In this document: in pieces, positions 20,401 to 28,381 of the stretch | How positions within the stretch are numbered: position 1 is the first letter of the stretch | How the letters are laid out: each line of letters opens with the position of its first letter | Assembly: GCA_027018935.1 (NCBI GenBank) | Contig: JALUXZ010000070.1 | Location: forward strand, 6,014 to 70,013 | Origin: Mariprofundaceae bacterium | Lineage (GTDB): Bacteria; Pseudomonadota; Zetaproteobacteria; Mariprofundales; Mariprofundaceae | Direction of reading: 5' to 3' | Length of the DNA stretch: 64,000 nucleotides | Made by a program: the position numbers and the translations under genes | Notes under the pieces: generated by a model | Seen by the model: only the letters and a program-made list of their open reading frames with translations | Databases searched by the model: none | What the model was told of the DNA's origin: nothing

Positions 20401-21259
20401 TGTTAACTCTCCCGTTTTGACGGCTGTAAATGTTACTGCACGTGATGCAAGCCTTCCTGCAAGTTTGGGACAACGTTATACGGCGACTGCTGTGTATTCA
20501 GATGGTAGCCAGTTTGATGTTAGCTCAAAAGCAGTGTGGAGTAGCGATAATGCAGCTGTTGCAAGAATTGGTAATGGCGGCATTTCTAATGCTAAGATGG
20601 CTTCTTTTTCACCTGGCGGGCTTGTGAATATCAGTGCAACTTTTGGTGGTATTACAACACCATCAGCACTTGCAGTTAATAATGTGAGTTTGGTTGATCT
20701 TGAAATTACGCCAGCAGTATTATCGATGCCATTGAAAATGGACCAGTATTATCGCGCAACAGGTGTGTATAGTGATGGTAGCCGTGTTATTTTAAGCAAT
20801 CAGGATGTTGTTTGGAATAGTAGTGACCAAGTGAATGCGCCGATTGGCAATGCTGCATGGTTAAACAATGCTCGTGTGTATGGCATGGGTTCTACAGTTG
20901 CAAGTATTTCAGCTCATTATAAGGGTGTGCAAAGTTCAGTGGCCTCATCGCTGACTGTTACAGGTGCAACGCTTGTAGATATTCAAGTTACACCTTTGGT
21001 CGCAACGATTCTAACAACGGGTGAGCAGCTTTATGCAGCTTACGGGGCGTATAGTGATGGTACAACACACAATTTGACCTACAAGGTGATTTGGTTGTCC
21101 GATAATCATGCAGCAGCGACAATTGGAAGTACATGGCCTTTGGTTGGCAAAGCAAGAGGTGTTGGTGTTGGTATAGCGAACATTACGGCTACCTACCATG
21201 ATAAATTGGATGCTACAGTGGGTACATCATCTGTTCCTGCTGTATTGACCGTCAACTAA
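17441..21259 (+). CDS. Large secreted surface protein: six-blade NHL beta-propeller plus about ten Big_2 (bacterial Ig-like) domains
   Basis: The likely start is ATG 17441 (MLEVKNFIMLLCMLMLYGGAVQA signal), after aggtagg. There are six NHL-like blades of the form GDGG.A..A.L..P.G.A.D....YIAD..N..VRR.D. These are followed by about ten ~85-aa repeats with the Big_2 signature (A.G.YSDGS..D.T..V.W.SSN..VA.I ... G.A.ITA). Confidence 0.85.
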   Translation: MLEVKNFIMLLCMLMLYGGAVQAAVLVAPVTGNIEAYAANETSVAGYSGDGGLAVNAQLAAPRGIAVDSLNRVYIADFNNSVVRRVDPATGLISTVAGTGVFGFSGDGGLATAAQLKRPWGLAIDAFDNLYIADNAERRIRKVDAATGVITTIAGTGGYAGTWTRNDGGDALLAAFTGITGITVDASNNIFIATDSGRIRRIDGVTNIITSIATGYGLISDVAMDPFGGVPGLYFSDRTNHVVNVLNLTSLAVTPVAGIQGVAGYTGDGGVAIDASLNAPESLVMNAVTGELFIADSGNHVIRRIDVASGYISTDAGTPGLGAGNNGDGGIALAAKMHTPSGLAMDGNGSVLFSDFQYNRVRIYQPVPVVLNSIETSFDSTTMSVNSKQKLEARGVYSDGSRRALANVVWTSSSNAIATIDAFGVVSSASPGNVTLTATSGGVSATVQLTITAASITSLELSPLSSLPQGISHRYAVWGLVSDGSKVNVTPYVTLSSSNAAVITTGTYGLVTAVSAGTATIVATYGALSVSAPVTVSTATLNQIEVVSQDRSIATKTSTRFFATGIYSDGSRQDLSSQVTWSSSNAFVASISNSPRNIGLTSGLTAGNVSITATLGGFSGSAPLEVRGVNLLSIEVSPYDISVSKGEFHGMRVTGRLSDNSKQDLTYQVVWSSSNEAVAKVGNVWPNFAKVQGISPGVATITARFGGLSASVAVTVNTSTLSRIEVSPFNNDIVQGTNMRFYATAIYSDGRKVDVTYNTSWSSSVSGVVNIKNDAANMAVADGVSAGLATITGNYVDALGVSHTDNVAMTVTAGIYNGFELSADFIKNNVGHRYSLRAVAFFNTDRKQDITNQVSWQSSNPSVARVSPSGQVTSVTTGSAIVSGTFNGSTLSVPVTVLPAVAPAYLTITPATKDIPLGQQYRLRAVVTYTDGTEKDVSFDTLWLSTQPTVAPIGNNWPGIATVTGLNTGNTTIGGFYKGLHDSVSVFVNSPVLTAVNVTARDASLPASLGQRYTATAVYSDGSQFDVSSKAVWSSDNAAVARIGNGGISNAKMASFSPGGLVNISATFGGITTPSALAVNNVSLVDLEITPAVLSMPLKMDQYYRATGVYSDGSRVILSNQDVVWNSSDQVNAPIGNAAWLNNARVYGMGSTVASISAHYKGVQSSVASSLTVTGATLVDIQVTPLVATILTTGEQLYAAYGAYSDGTTHNLTYKVIWLSDNHAAATIGSTWPLVGKARGVGVGIANITATYHDKLDATVGTSSVPAVLTVN

Positions 21260-21270
21260 GGGGAATAGAT

Positions 21271-21510
21271 ATGAAATATATAATATTGATTGCATGTTCA
21301 ATGATGACAGGAATTTCTTTTGCAAATGCTGCTGATACCGACCAAGCTGCTTTAGAGCAATCAAAGATTCAACAGCAGGCAGAGCAACAAAATAGTGTGG
21401 ATCAGTATACACTTCGTGAACGTGAAGAGATGGATCGTCTTCATGTGTTGGATGTATATCAGCAAAATGCATTACGCGAAGCGTCGATTTTGCGTCAACA
21501 AAAGCATTAA
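21271..21510 (+). CDS. Small secreted coiled-coil protein (unknown function)
   Basis: aagggg RBS, signal peptide MKYIILIACSMMTGISFANA and a Q/E-rich helix. An intrinsic terminator follows directly. Confidence 0.5.
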   Translation: MKYIILIACSMMTGISFANAADTDQAALEQSKIQQQAEQQNSVDQYTLREREEMDRLHVLDVYQQNALREASILRQQKH

Positions 21511-21529
21511 GCAGGTCAATGGGTAAATA

Positions 21530-21563
21530 AAAAAGCTGGTGATTTAATCACCAGCTTTTTTTC
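21530..21563 (+). terminator. Rho-independent terminator
   Basis: aaaaagctggtga-ttta-atcaccagct followed by a T-run. Confidence 0.75.
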
Positions 21564-21744
21564 TTTCAAGGAAATGCTATAGTGGTTTAGGTTTACGATG
21601 CTTTTTGCTCGTCATTCCCGTGAAGGTGGGAATCTGGCACATTGTAAATCAATGAATGCCCGTCTGCGCGAGCATGACGGCGTAATGGATAAGCCACTCC
21701 ATGACTATATTGTATCAATGCTCAAAAAGGATTTGAAATTATTC

Positions 21745-22959
21745 ATGCGTATTGCCTATTTTGTTAATCAATACCCTAAGGTTAGTCAGAGCTTTATTCG
21801 CCGTGAGATACTTGAATTGGAAAATCAAGGGGTGGAGGTATTCCGCTATTCTGTGAAGCGTGAGCGAAGTAATGATGTTGTTAGTGATGATGATAGAGCT
21901 GAGTTAAGCAAAACAGCGTATGTGGCAGACCAGAAAAAAACAACGATTCTTAGCGCGTTAATTAAGGTCTTTCTGCACTCACCAAAGCGATTTGGGAGAG
22001 CATGTCTGACGATGATTCGCTTAAGTTTGCGCTCTCAGGTTGGGCTGGCAAAGCATATCATTTATTTTATTGAAGCTTGTGTACTGCTTGATTACCTACA
22101 AAAACATGACATTCAGCATGTGCATGCACACTTTGGCACCAATTCAACGACGGTTGTGATGTTCGCTAAGTTGTTGGGTAGTATTTCCTACAGTTTTACA
22201 GTGCATGGCCCCGAAGAGTTTGATAAACCGGAGGCTTTATCGTTGGGAGAGAAAATTCAGCATGCTTCATTTGTGATTGCGATCAGCTCTTTTGGTCGTA
22301 GCCAGTTGTTTCGCTGGTGTGACCTTTCTTGTTGGAATAAGATTCATATAGTTCATTGTGCTCTAGGGTCAGATTTTTTGGAGTCAGAGGTAACCCCAGT
22401 ACCTGATAATCATAGGCTGGTATGTGTTGGGCGCTTGTGTGAGCAGAAAGGCCAGCTTCTCCTGATTGAAGCAATACACAGGGTCAAAGAAAAAGGCATT
22501 GCTATCGAACTTGTTTTGGCAGGCGATGGTCCGATGCGTGATGAAATAGAAGCTCTCATTGAGAAATATAAACTTACTTCGCAAGTGCATATTACAGGGT
22601 GGATTTCAGGCTCACAGGTGTTGGATGAAATCAAAGCAAGTCGCGCTCTTGTGTTAGCTAGTTTTGCGGAAGGGTTACCTGTTGTATTGATGGAGGCTTG
22701 TGCATTGCACAGACCGAGCGTGACAACATCGATTGCAGGTATTCCAGAGTTGATTAAGGATAAGCAAGGTGGTTGGCTTATTCCTGCGGGCTCTATTGAG
22801 GATTTATCGGATGCTTTGATAGATGTGCTGGAAACACCGATTGAATCATTGCAAGCCATGGGTACGTATGCATATCAACAAGTGTGTATCAACCATGATG
22901 TAAGGATAGAGTCTGCAAAGCTTAAGAAGCTATTTCAGGAAGCTTTGAAAAATGATTGA
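21745..22959 (+). CDS. GT4-family (GT-B) glycosyltransferase, WcaL-like
   Basis: The start is set at MRIAYFVNQYPKVSQSFIRRE, after aaggat. The C-terminal E(x7)E region reads SFAEGLPVVLMEA. The 49 codons upstream in the track ORF are repeat-like non-coding sequence. Confidence 0.85.
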   Translation: MRIAYFVNQYPKVSQSFIRREILELENQGVEVFRYSVKRERSNDVVSDDDRAELSKTAYVADQKKTTILSALIKVFLHSPKRFGRACLTMIRLSLRSQVGLAKHIIYFIEACVLLDYLQKHDIQHVHAHFGTNSTTVVMFAKLLGSISYSFTVHGPEEFDKPEALSLGEKIQHASFVIAISSFGRSQLFRWCDLSCWNKIHIVHCALGSDFLESEVTPVPDNHRLVCVGRLCEQKGQLLLIEAIHRVKEKGIAIELVLAGDGPMRDEIEALIEKYKLTSQVHITGWISGSQVLDEIKASRALVLASFAEGLPVVLMEACALHRPSVTTSIAGIPELIKDKQGGWLIPAGSIEDLSDALIDVLETPIESLQAMGTYAYQQVCINHDVRIESAKLKKLFQEALKND

Positions 22960-24136
22960 AGCATTGATGTGGATAGTCGTATCACTGTTTCTTTTGCCTG
23001 TGCTAGTTATTATCCTTGAATTTTTTTGTTCGTTATTGCCAGCTAGAAGCAAGAAAGGCGCGGTAGTAGATAGATTAGGGCTGGTGGTATTGATTCCAGC
23101 TCATAATGAATCGGCAGTGATATCGGATACACTCGCATCCATTATGTCTCAACTTAAAGAAGGGGATCGGGTGTTGGTTGTTGCAGATAATTGCACAGAC
23201 GATACGGCCTCGATTGCTGCTTCAATGGGTGCGACAGTTCTTGAGCGTTATGATGAAGAGAATCGTGGTAAAGGCTTTGCGCTTGCGCATGGGATAGAGG
23301 TACTTCACAAACAACCGCCAGAAGCACTGATCATGGTTGATGCTGATTGTGTTGTGAAGCAAGGCAGCCTTGATGCGTTAGCCCGTAATGTGGCAATGTA
23401 TGATCAACCCATTCAGGCACTTGATTTGATGCATGCAGGGGAGAAAGCATCATTAAAAATAAAAGTGGCTGCTTTCGCATGGGTGGTGAAAAATAAGATG
23501 CGACCTCTAGGCTTGTCTCGTTTGGGTTTGCCTGTTCAATTGATGGGAACTGGCATGGCTTTTCCTTGGCATGTTATCAAAGATATGGATATGGGTGGTG
23601 GTGCCATTGTGGAAGACATGCAAATGGGCATTGAACTCGCCATACAAGGAAGTCCAACGCGTTTTTGCCCTGAAGCACTTGTTAGTAGTACCTTTCCTAG
23701 CTCGGAATCTGATGCTGGAACACAGAGGAAGCGCTGGGAGCATGGGCACATCATGATGATTCTGCATCATGTGCCTAGATTGATCGTTGCAGCAATCAGC
23801 AAAAAAGATGTGAAACTACTTGCTTTGGGGTTGGATTTAATGGTGCCTCCACTTGCCCTTCAGTCGATATTGTTATTGGTCGGCTTGATGATAATGGGTA
23901 TGGCAAGCTTATTTGGTATGTCTTTTAATCCCTTTTTAGTTTTAGTTTTAGCTTTAGGAAGTGCTTTGTTCTTAAGCACTATTTTTAGCGCTTGGTATTG
24001 CTTTGCACGTGACATCATTAGCCTTAAAGAATTGCTTTCTATCCCCGCCTATATTTTCTCTAAGCTTTCGATTTATGCGTCCTTTATTTCTTCGCGTGAA
24101 TCCAAGTGGAATAAAACAGGGCGCAGTGATGATTGA
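22952..24136 (+). CDS. Membrane-anchored family 2 glycosyltransferase (synthase-like)
   Basis: VLIPAHNES ... VVADNCTDDT ... MVDADC ... GAIVEDMQMG ... QRKRWEHG (a Q(R/Q)xRW-like motif), with TM helices at both ends. Confidence 0.8.
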   Translation: MIEALMWIVVSLFLLPVLVIILEFFCSLLPARSKKGAVVDRLGLVVLIPAHNESAVISDTLASIMSQLKEGDRVLVVADNCTDDTASIAASMGATVLERYDEENRGKGFALAHGIEVLHKQPPEALIMVDADCVVKQGSLDALARNVAMYDQPIQALDLMHAGEKASLKIKVAAFAWVVKNKMRPLGLSRLGLPVQLMGTGMAFPWHVIKDMDMGGGAIVEDMQMGIELAIQGSPTRFCPEALVSSTFPSSESDAGTQRKRWEHGHIMMILHHVPRLIVAAISKKDVKLLALGLDLMVPPLALQSILLLVGLMIMGMASLFGMSFNPFLVLVLALGSALFLSTIFSAWYCFARDIISLKELLSIPAYIFSKLSIYASFISSRESKWNKTGRSDD

Positions 24137-24536
24137 AGTACAAGTAGTGCAAGGAAGCACGCACTTTATGATTGGTTTTGTACTGGGTTATGCACTGTTT
24201 TGGTTGTTTTTACTTGCCCGATTGGGGCATGATAAGACTGCGATTTATGCGCCTTTAACTCCATTTTTTATGGGTATATGGTTTGCTATGCCTTATGTAT
24301 TTGAGCTGGGTGGCATGGGGGAGTTACAGCATTATATTGGAGAGGCAGTGAATCTGTTTGGTGCTTATGGTTGGCTACACCACAGCTCCTTTGTGGCGAA
24401 CTATCTGACTGGACTTAACAAAGTGGCGATGCTTTGTGGGTTGATTTATGTGCTGATTATTTTGCACTACATTCGATTGATTAAAGCTCTAAGGAAACGA
24501 AAAAGGCGTAAGCGGAGGAAGTCGCATGCCAGCTAA
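24129..24536 (+). CDS. Small integral membrane protein with a polybasic tail (unknown function)
   Basis: ATG 24129 overlaps the upstream stop (atgattga). Four hydrophobic helices. The C-terminus is KALRKRKRRKRRKSHAS. Confidence 0.45.
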   Translation: MIEVQVVQGSTHFMIGFVLGYALFWLFLLARLGHDKTAIYAPLTPFFMGIWFAMPYVFELGGMGELQHYIGEAVNLFGAYGWLHHSSFVANYLTGLNKVAMLCGLIYVLIILHYIRLIKALRKRKRRKRRKSHAS

Positions 24537-24951
24537 ACACTTTTATTTTGCAAATGGTGCGATGCTGGGCTCAATGCTTGTTATAGCTGTGCGCTTTAAG
24601 CGCAAATGGCTGCATGAAAAATTTCTCTGGTTTAGACAGTTATATAGTTTTGATCGCGACTGGTTTCTTTATTTCCCAGTGGTGATTGGATTGTTTGGTC
24701 TATATGGCCTAATACCAGATATATTATATGCCATAGGTCTTCTCTCCAAAGGTCTGATACGTTCTGATTTTTTCAATTTATTTTTGGGTTATGCATGGTT
24801 TGAAAGTGTTGAAGATTTGCCTGAATATGCTCATCTGGATAGAATTTTTAATTGGTTCGGCGAAATTATATTGTTCACTATTGCAATAGGAATACTTGTT
24901 TTTTACGTCCGTTTAAGCAATGAAATCATCTCTAGGAAAGAGGGCTCTTGA
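24526..24951 (+). CDS. Small integral membrane protein (unknown function)
   Basis: 141 aa, several hydrophobic helices, start overlaps the upstream gene. Confidence 0.4.
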   Translation: MPAKHFYFANGAMLGSMLVIAVRFKRKWLHEKFLWFRQLYSFDRDWFLYFPVVIGLFGLYGLIPDILYAIGLLSKGLIRSDFFNLFLGYAWFESVEDLPEYAHLDRIFNWFGEIILFTIAIGILVFYVRLSNEIISRKEGS

Positions 24952-24990
24952 TGTTGTTTATCACTGCAAGAAAAGGGAGTCTTTATTTCT

Positions 24991-26376
24991 GTGCTTAAAA
25001 GTGGCGCGATATGGGTCTTAGCATCCAATGCTGGCGGACAAGTATTAAGACTGTTTAGTAACCTCATATTAGCGTGGTTATTATTGCCTGAGGATTTTGG
25101 ACTTGCAGCTTTGGCCGCAGTATTTTTCTATGGTGCTGTGATGATTTCAGATGCAGGGACTGACGCTTCGCTTATCCGCAGTAAACGAGGTGACGAGCCT
25201 TTGTTTTATAATACAGCTTGGACATTTCAGCTGCTTCGAGGTTTGTTGCTGTGGTTGTTTTGTTGTTTGATTGCATTACCTGCTTCTCAATTCTATGGTG
25301 AAGAACAGCTGCAATGGTTGTTGGTAGTTGGAGGATTTGGTCTTTTTGTTCAAGGCTTTAAATCAACGGCTTTAGTATCAATGATGAGGGACATGCGCTT
25401 TAAGCGGTTGGCGATTTATGAACTCATTGCCCAGCTGTGTTCTATTATTGTATCGGTGATTGCTGCGTGGGTTTGGCGAGATGCTATGGCATTAGTGCTT
25501 GGAATTATTGTGAATAACTTTGTGCTGGTTGTGCTTGGACATGTGCTGCACAGGTCGGAAGTTCAGAATAGATTATGCTGGGAAAGCGATGCTTTTAAAG
25601 AATTATTTCATTTTGGGAAGTGGGTATTTGCATCTTCTTTTGTTGGTTTCCTTGCGATGCAGGCGGATAAGCTTCTTTTAGGTAAAATAGCATCAATGGA
25701 AGTGCTTGGTGTGTATGCCGTGGCTTTTGGATTGGCTCAGCTACCAAATTTTGTAGTTAAAATGTTAGCATCAAAATTCCTATACCCTGTTTTTGTTCAG
25801 TTTGCGAAGAAACCTAGGGAAGATTTAGTCAGAGAGGCGAACAAGATTCGAAACATGATGCTCCCATTCATGCTGTTTGTTACGCTGGGTGTAGTTTTGT
25901 TATCAGGCCCTTTCTTTGTGTACTTATATAAAGCAAGTTTTCATGATGCCGTCTGGATTGCGCCTGCCATTGCACTTTTTCTTTGGTTTGAGATGATGGT
26001 TTATTCATTGGGGGGGATTCCCTTAGCAATGGGTGATAGTCGAGCATTGGCGACGACATGGTTATACATATTTATAGTTCGGCTTCTTGCTTCTTATCTT
26101 GGTTTTTTAAATTTTGATCTTGAAGGTTTTATAGCAGGCTTAGCTCTAGGCTCTTTTGTAGGCTACGTGTATATTGCCATTTATATTAAGAAGTATGGGT
26201 TTTATGTTTTGAAATATGATGCTAAATATTCTTTGGTGTTAATCATTGCTAGTGCGAGCTATTTTATAGTAAAGCCGTGGGTAGAAGAAGGTCTGTCTAG
26301 TGCGCTTCTATCAATTGCTTTTGTTGCTTTATCAGCTTTGATATCAATCCAAATGTTTCAACGCAGGCAGAAGTGA
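24991..26376 (+). CDS. Wzx-type polysaccharide flippase (MOP superfamily)
   Basis: 461 aa with about 12 TM helices and an N-terminal pattern typical of 'polysaccharide biosynthesis protein' flippases. GTG start. Confidence 0.75.
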   Translation: MLKSGAIWVLASNAGGQVLRLFSNLILAWLLLPEDFGLAALAAVFFYGAVMISDAGTDASLIRSKRGDEPLFYNTAWTFQLLRGLLLWLFCCLIALPASQFYGEEQLQWLLVVGGFGLFVQGFKSTALVSMMRDMRFKRLAIYELIAQLCSIIVSVIAAWVWRDAMALVLGIIVNNFVLVVLGHVLHRSEVQNRLCWESDAFKELFHFGKWVFASSFVGFLAMQADKLLLGKIASMEVLGVYAVAFGLAQLPNFVVKMLASKFLYPVFVQFAKKPREDLVREANKIRNMMLPFMLFVTLGVVLLSGPFFVYLYKASFHDAVWIAPAIALFLWFEMMVYSLGGIPLAMGDSRALATTWLYIFIVRLLASYLGFLNFDLEGFIAGLALGSFVGYVYIAIYIKKYGFYVLKYDAKYSLVLIIASASYFIVKPWVEEGLSSALLSIAFVALSALISIQMFQRRQK

Positions 26377-26478
26377 GAATAAGTTATTTTTGATTAGATT
26401 GGTGTTTTGACGCTTTATATACGATTGATTCATTTGTTAGTTGCAAGAAAGTGAAGCGATAAAGCGTCGCTTTCCTAG

Positions 26479-26804
26479 GGAGATGCTGATTAACTCTGGA
26501 TGAGTGGATATGCGATTCAGAATTTTCAACCCCAAGGCGGCAAGCGCAAGTAATAGGTCCGCTATTGTTAAGGGCACCTCGAAAAACCTCGCACGAGTTA
26601 AACGACGTTGATTTTCGCTCATAGCAAGGCGCAATAAAATGAGTCATAGCATCGCTATTGTCCATTTTATTCAACGCAGCTAGGGGTGAAAAGCACAAGT
26701 TTGGCGAAGTACTGAGGTTTTTCGAGGTGCCCTTAAGTTTGCTAACGCAGGAGTTGGCGGTTTTGGGCGTATAGGCATCATTCATTGAGTTGAATAGCAC
26801 CTCC
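26479..26804. mobile_element. MITE-like element, family B, copy interrupted by a family A element (nested)
   Basis: Termini are ggagatgctgattaactc ... gagttgaatagcacctcc, flanked by CTAG at 26475-26478 and 26805-26808. With 26572-26736 removed, it aligns with the uninterrupted copy at 37422-37581. Confidence 0.8.
26572..26732. mobile_element. MITE-like element, family A, full copy 2 (161 bp), inserted inside family B
   Basis: Same termini as 15452-15612. Flanked by TTAA at 26568-26571 and 26733-26736. The empty site is visible in the other B copy (gctattgctaagtttgc). Confidence 0.85.
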
Positions 26805-26832
26805 CTAGCAATCTGCTTGTTTCCTTCACTTA

Positions 26833-26880
26833 CAGGTTTCAAAAGGGCGCGTGTTACAGCACTCAACCTTTTGAAACCTG
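26833..26880. repeat. Perfect 14-bp inverted repeat with a 20-nt spacer
   Basis: caggtttcaaaagg at 26833-26846 and ccttttgaaacctg at 26867-26880. No T-run follows. It lies upstream of the export operon. Confidence 0.6.
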
Positions 26881-27158
26881 ACGTTTCGGCGCATCTTGAA
26901 CCGGGACAATGTTGCTTTCACATGTACCTCTCTCTGCGCTCTTTGGTGGAAAAATGTAACAAACGACTTTTTGAGGAAGCTCTAGATAGTAGCAGCATCA
27001 AGCTTTATTTGACGTAATGATATATGCCAGCTATAAGGAATAGGAAATTATAAAGGTAGATGTAATAGACTGCTTGTAAAAACCTTTAAAAGGTGTATTT
27101 TGCGAAAAAAATAATCATGCCTTCTCACATGTAAGGCTACAAATAAGGTTGGTGGAAA

Positions 27159-28349
27159 ATGAAAAAACGTATAGTGGTGATTGCCATGACACAAGTTATG
27201 GCTTTGTTTTTTGGTGCATCTGTAGCATCGGCGGAGGCGGGTGGAATTGCAGTAGGCAACATGCAGCTTGTGCCCCAAATTACATTGGGTGAATCTCGAA
27301 ATGATAATATATTTTTGCAAGAGTCGGCAAATGCGATTAAAAAAAGTTGGATTACTACAATTGATCCCAGTGTTGCATTAAAGGCAGATGATGGTGCAAA
27401 TAAGTATGAATTGGGTTATAACTTGTCGGAAGGTATTTATCATCAAAGTCATGCAGATGATTTCATTGATCAAGTCGCCAGCTTTAAGGCAAACCTAGGT
27501 CTTTCGCGCAAATTAATGGTTGATTTTAATGTTGATTACAACTTAAGTCATGATACGCGAGGTTCAACCTTTACTGGTGGGGCTGCAGCAGCGGTTTCGA
27601 CTCCTGATAAATACCATGAAACGAATGTGGGAGCATCTGTAAATTATGGCGCAAATGCACATATAATTATAAGTGGCGATTATAGTAATAAACGCTATAG
27701 CAACAACCGTACGCGTACCATAGCACGTGACCTTGATACCATTGGCGGTATTGCTGAATTTGATTATGATTTAACAGGTAAAACATCAGCAGTGTTGGAA
27801 GCGCGTTACACGCAGTTTAACTATCAATATCAAACGGCTTTGGTAAATCTTGATAGTAGAGAGCAAGTATATTTTGTAGGGCTGAACTGGGAGGCTACTG
27901 GGAAAACATCAGGAAAGGCTCGCGTTGGTTACACGAAAAAGAACTTTACCAAGGCATCATTAATAGATGCTGGTTTTTTCAGTTGGGAAGTGGGTGTTGA
28001 ATGGTTGCCAATGAGCTATTCATCTTGGACTTTGAAAACAAGTTCAATGCCTTATGAAACCGATGGTTCAGGTAGTTTTATTAAGAATACGGGAGTTGAC
28101 CTTGCTTGGGATCATACATGGAATCAGCGTGTGCATCATGAGGCAACACTGAGTTACAGTAAAGCGGACTATCAGGGTGGTAGCGCGCGTGTAGATAATA
28201 TTACGAAGGCTAGTGCTTCAGTGAGTTATCAATGGCTGCGTTGGTTGGCTATTCAACCACTATATGAGTATACTAATAACTCATCAAATGCTGTAAAGGC
28301 TAGCTATAAACAAAACATTTGGACGCTTAATCTAGTAGGAACACTCTAG
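27159..28349 (+). CDS. Outer-membrane beta-barrel protein, putative polysaccharide-export porin partner
   Basis: Signal peptide (…FFGASVASA), then alternating amphipathic beta-strand pattern rich in Y/W/N/G over about 370 aa. Sits immediately upstream of the OPX gene. Confidence 0.6.
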   Translation: MKKRIVVIAMTQVMALFFGASVASAEAGGIAVGNMQLVPQITLGESRNDNIFLQESANAIKKSWITTIDPSVALKADDGANKYELGYNLSEGIYHQSHADDFIDQVASFKANLGLSRKLMVDFNVDYNLSHDTRGSTFTGGAAAAVSTPDKYHETNVGASVNYGANAHIIISGDYSNKRYSNNRTRTIARDLDTIGGIAEFDYDLTGKTSAVLEARYTQFNYQYQTALVNLDSREQVYFVGLNWEATGKTSGKARVGYTKKNFTKASLIDAGFFSWEVGVEWLPMSYSSWTLKTSSMPYETDGSGSFIKNTGVDLAWDHTWNQRVHHEATLSYSKADYQGGSARVDNITKASASVSYQWLRWLAIQPLYEYTNNSSNAVKASYKQNIWTLNLVGTL

Positions 28350-28381
28350 GAGCTTGGTGCTTGGAAAGTAGAGGGAGAGCC

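Noticed and set aside
21598-21744. An N-terminal extension of the GT4 gene (MLFARHSREGGNLAH...), including an ATTCCC-N8-GGGAAT palindrome at 21614-21633.
   Set aside because: The extension has no glycosyltransferase similarity. The conserved MRIAYFVNQYP start with an RBS is at 21745. The palindrome resembles small REP/dRS3-type repeats, but I saw only one copy in the window, so it is not reported as a feature.
26384-26866. A 160-aa minus-strand ORF downstream of the flippase gene.
   Set aside because: It spans the nested MITE-B/MITE-A insertion end to end. There is no RBS or family resemblance.
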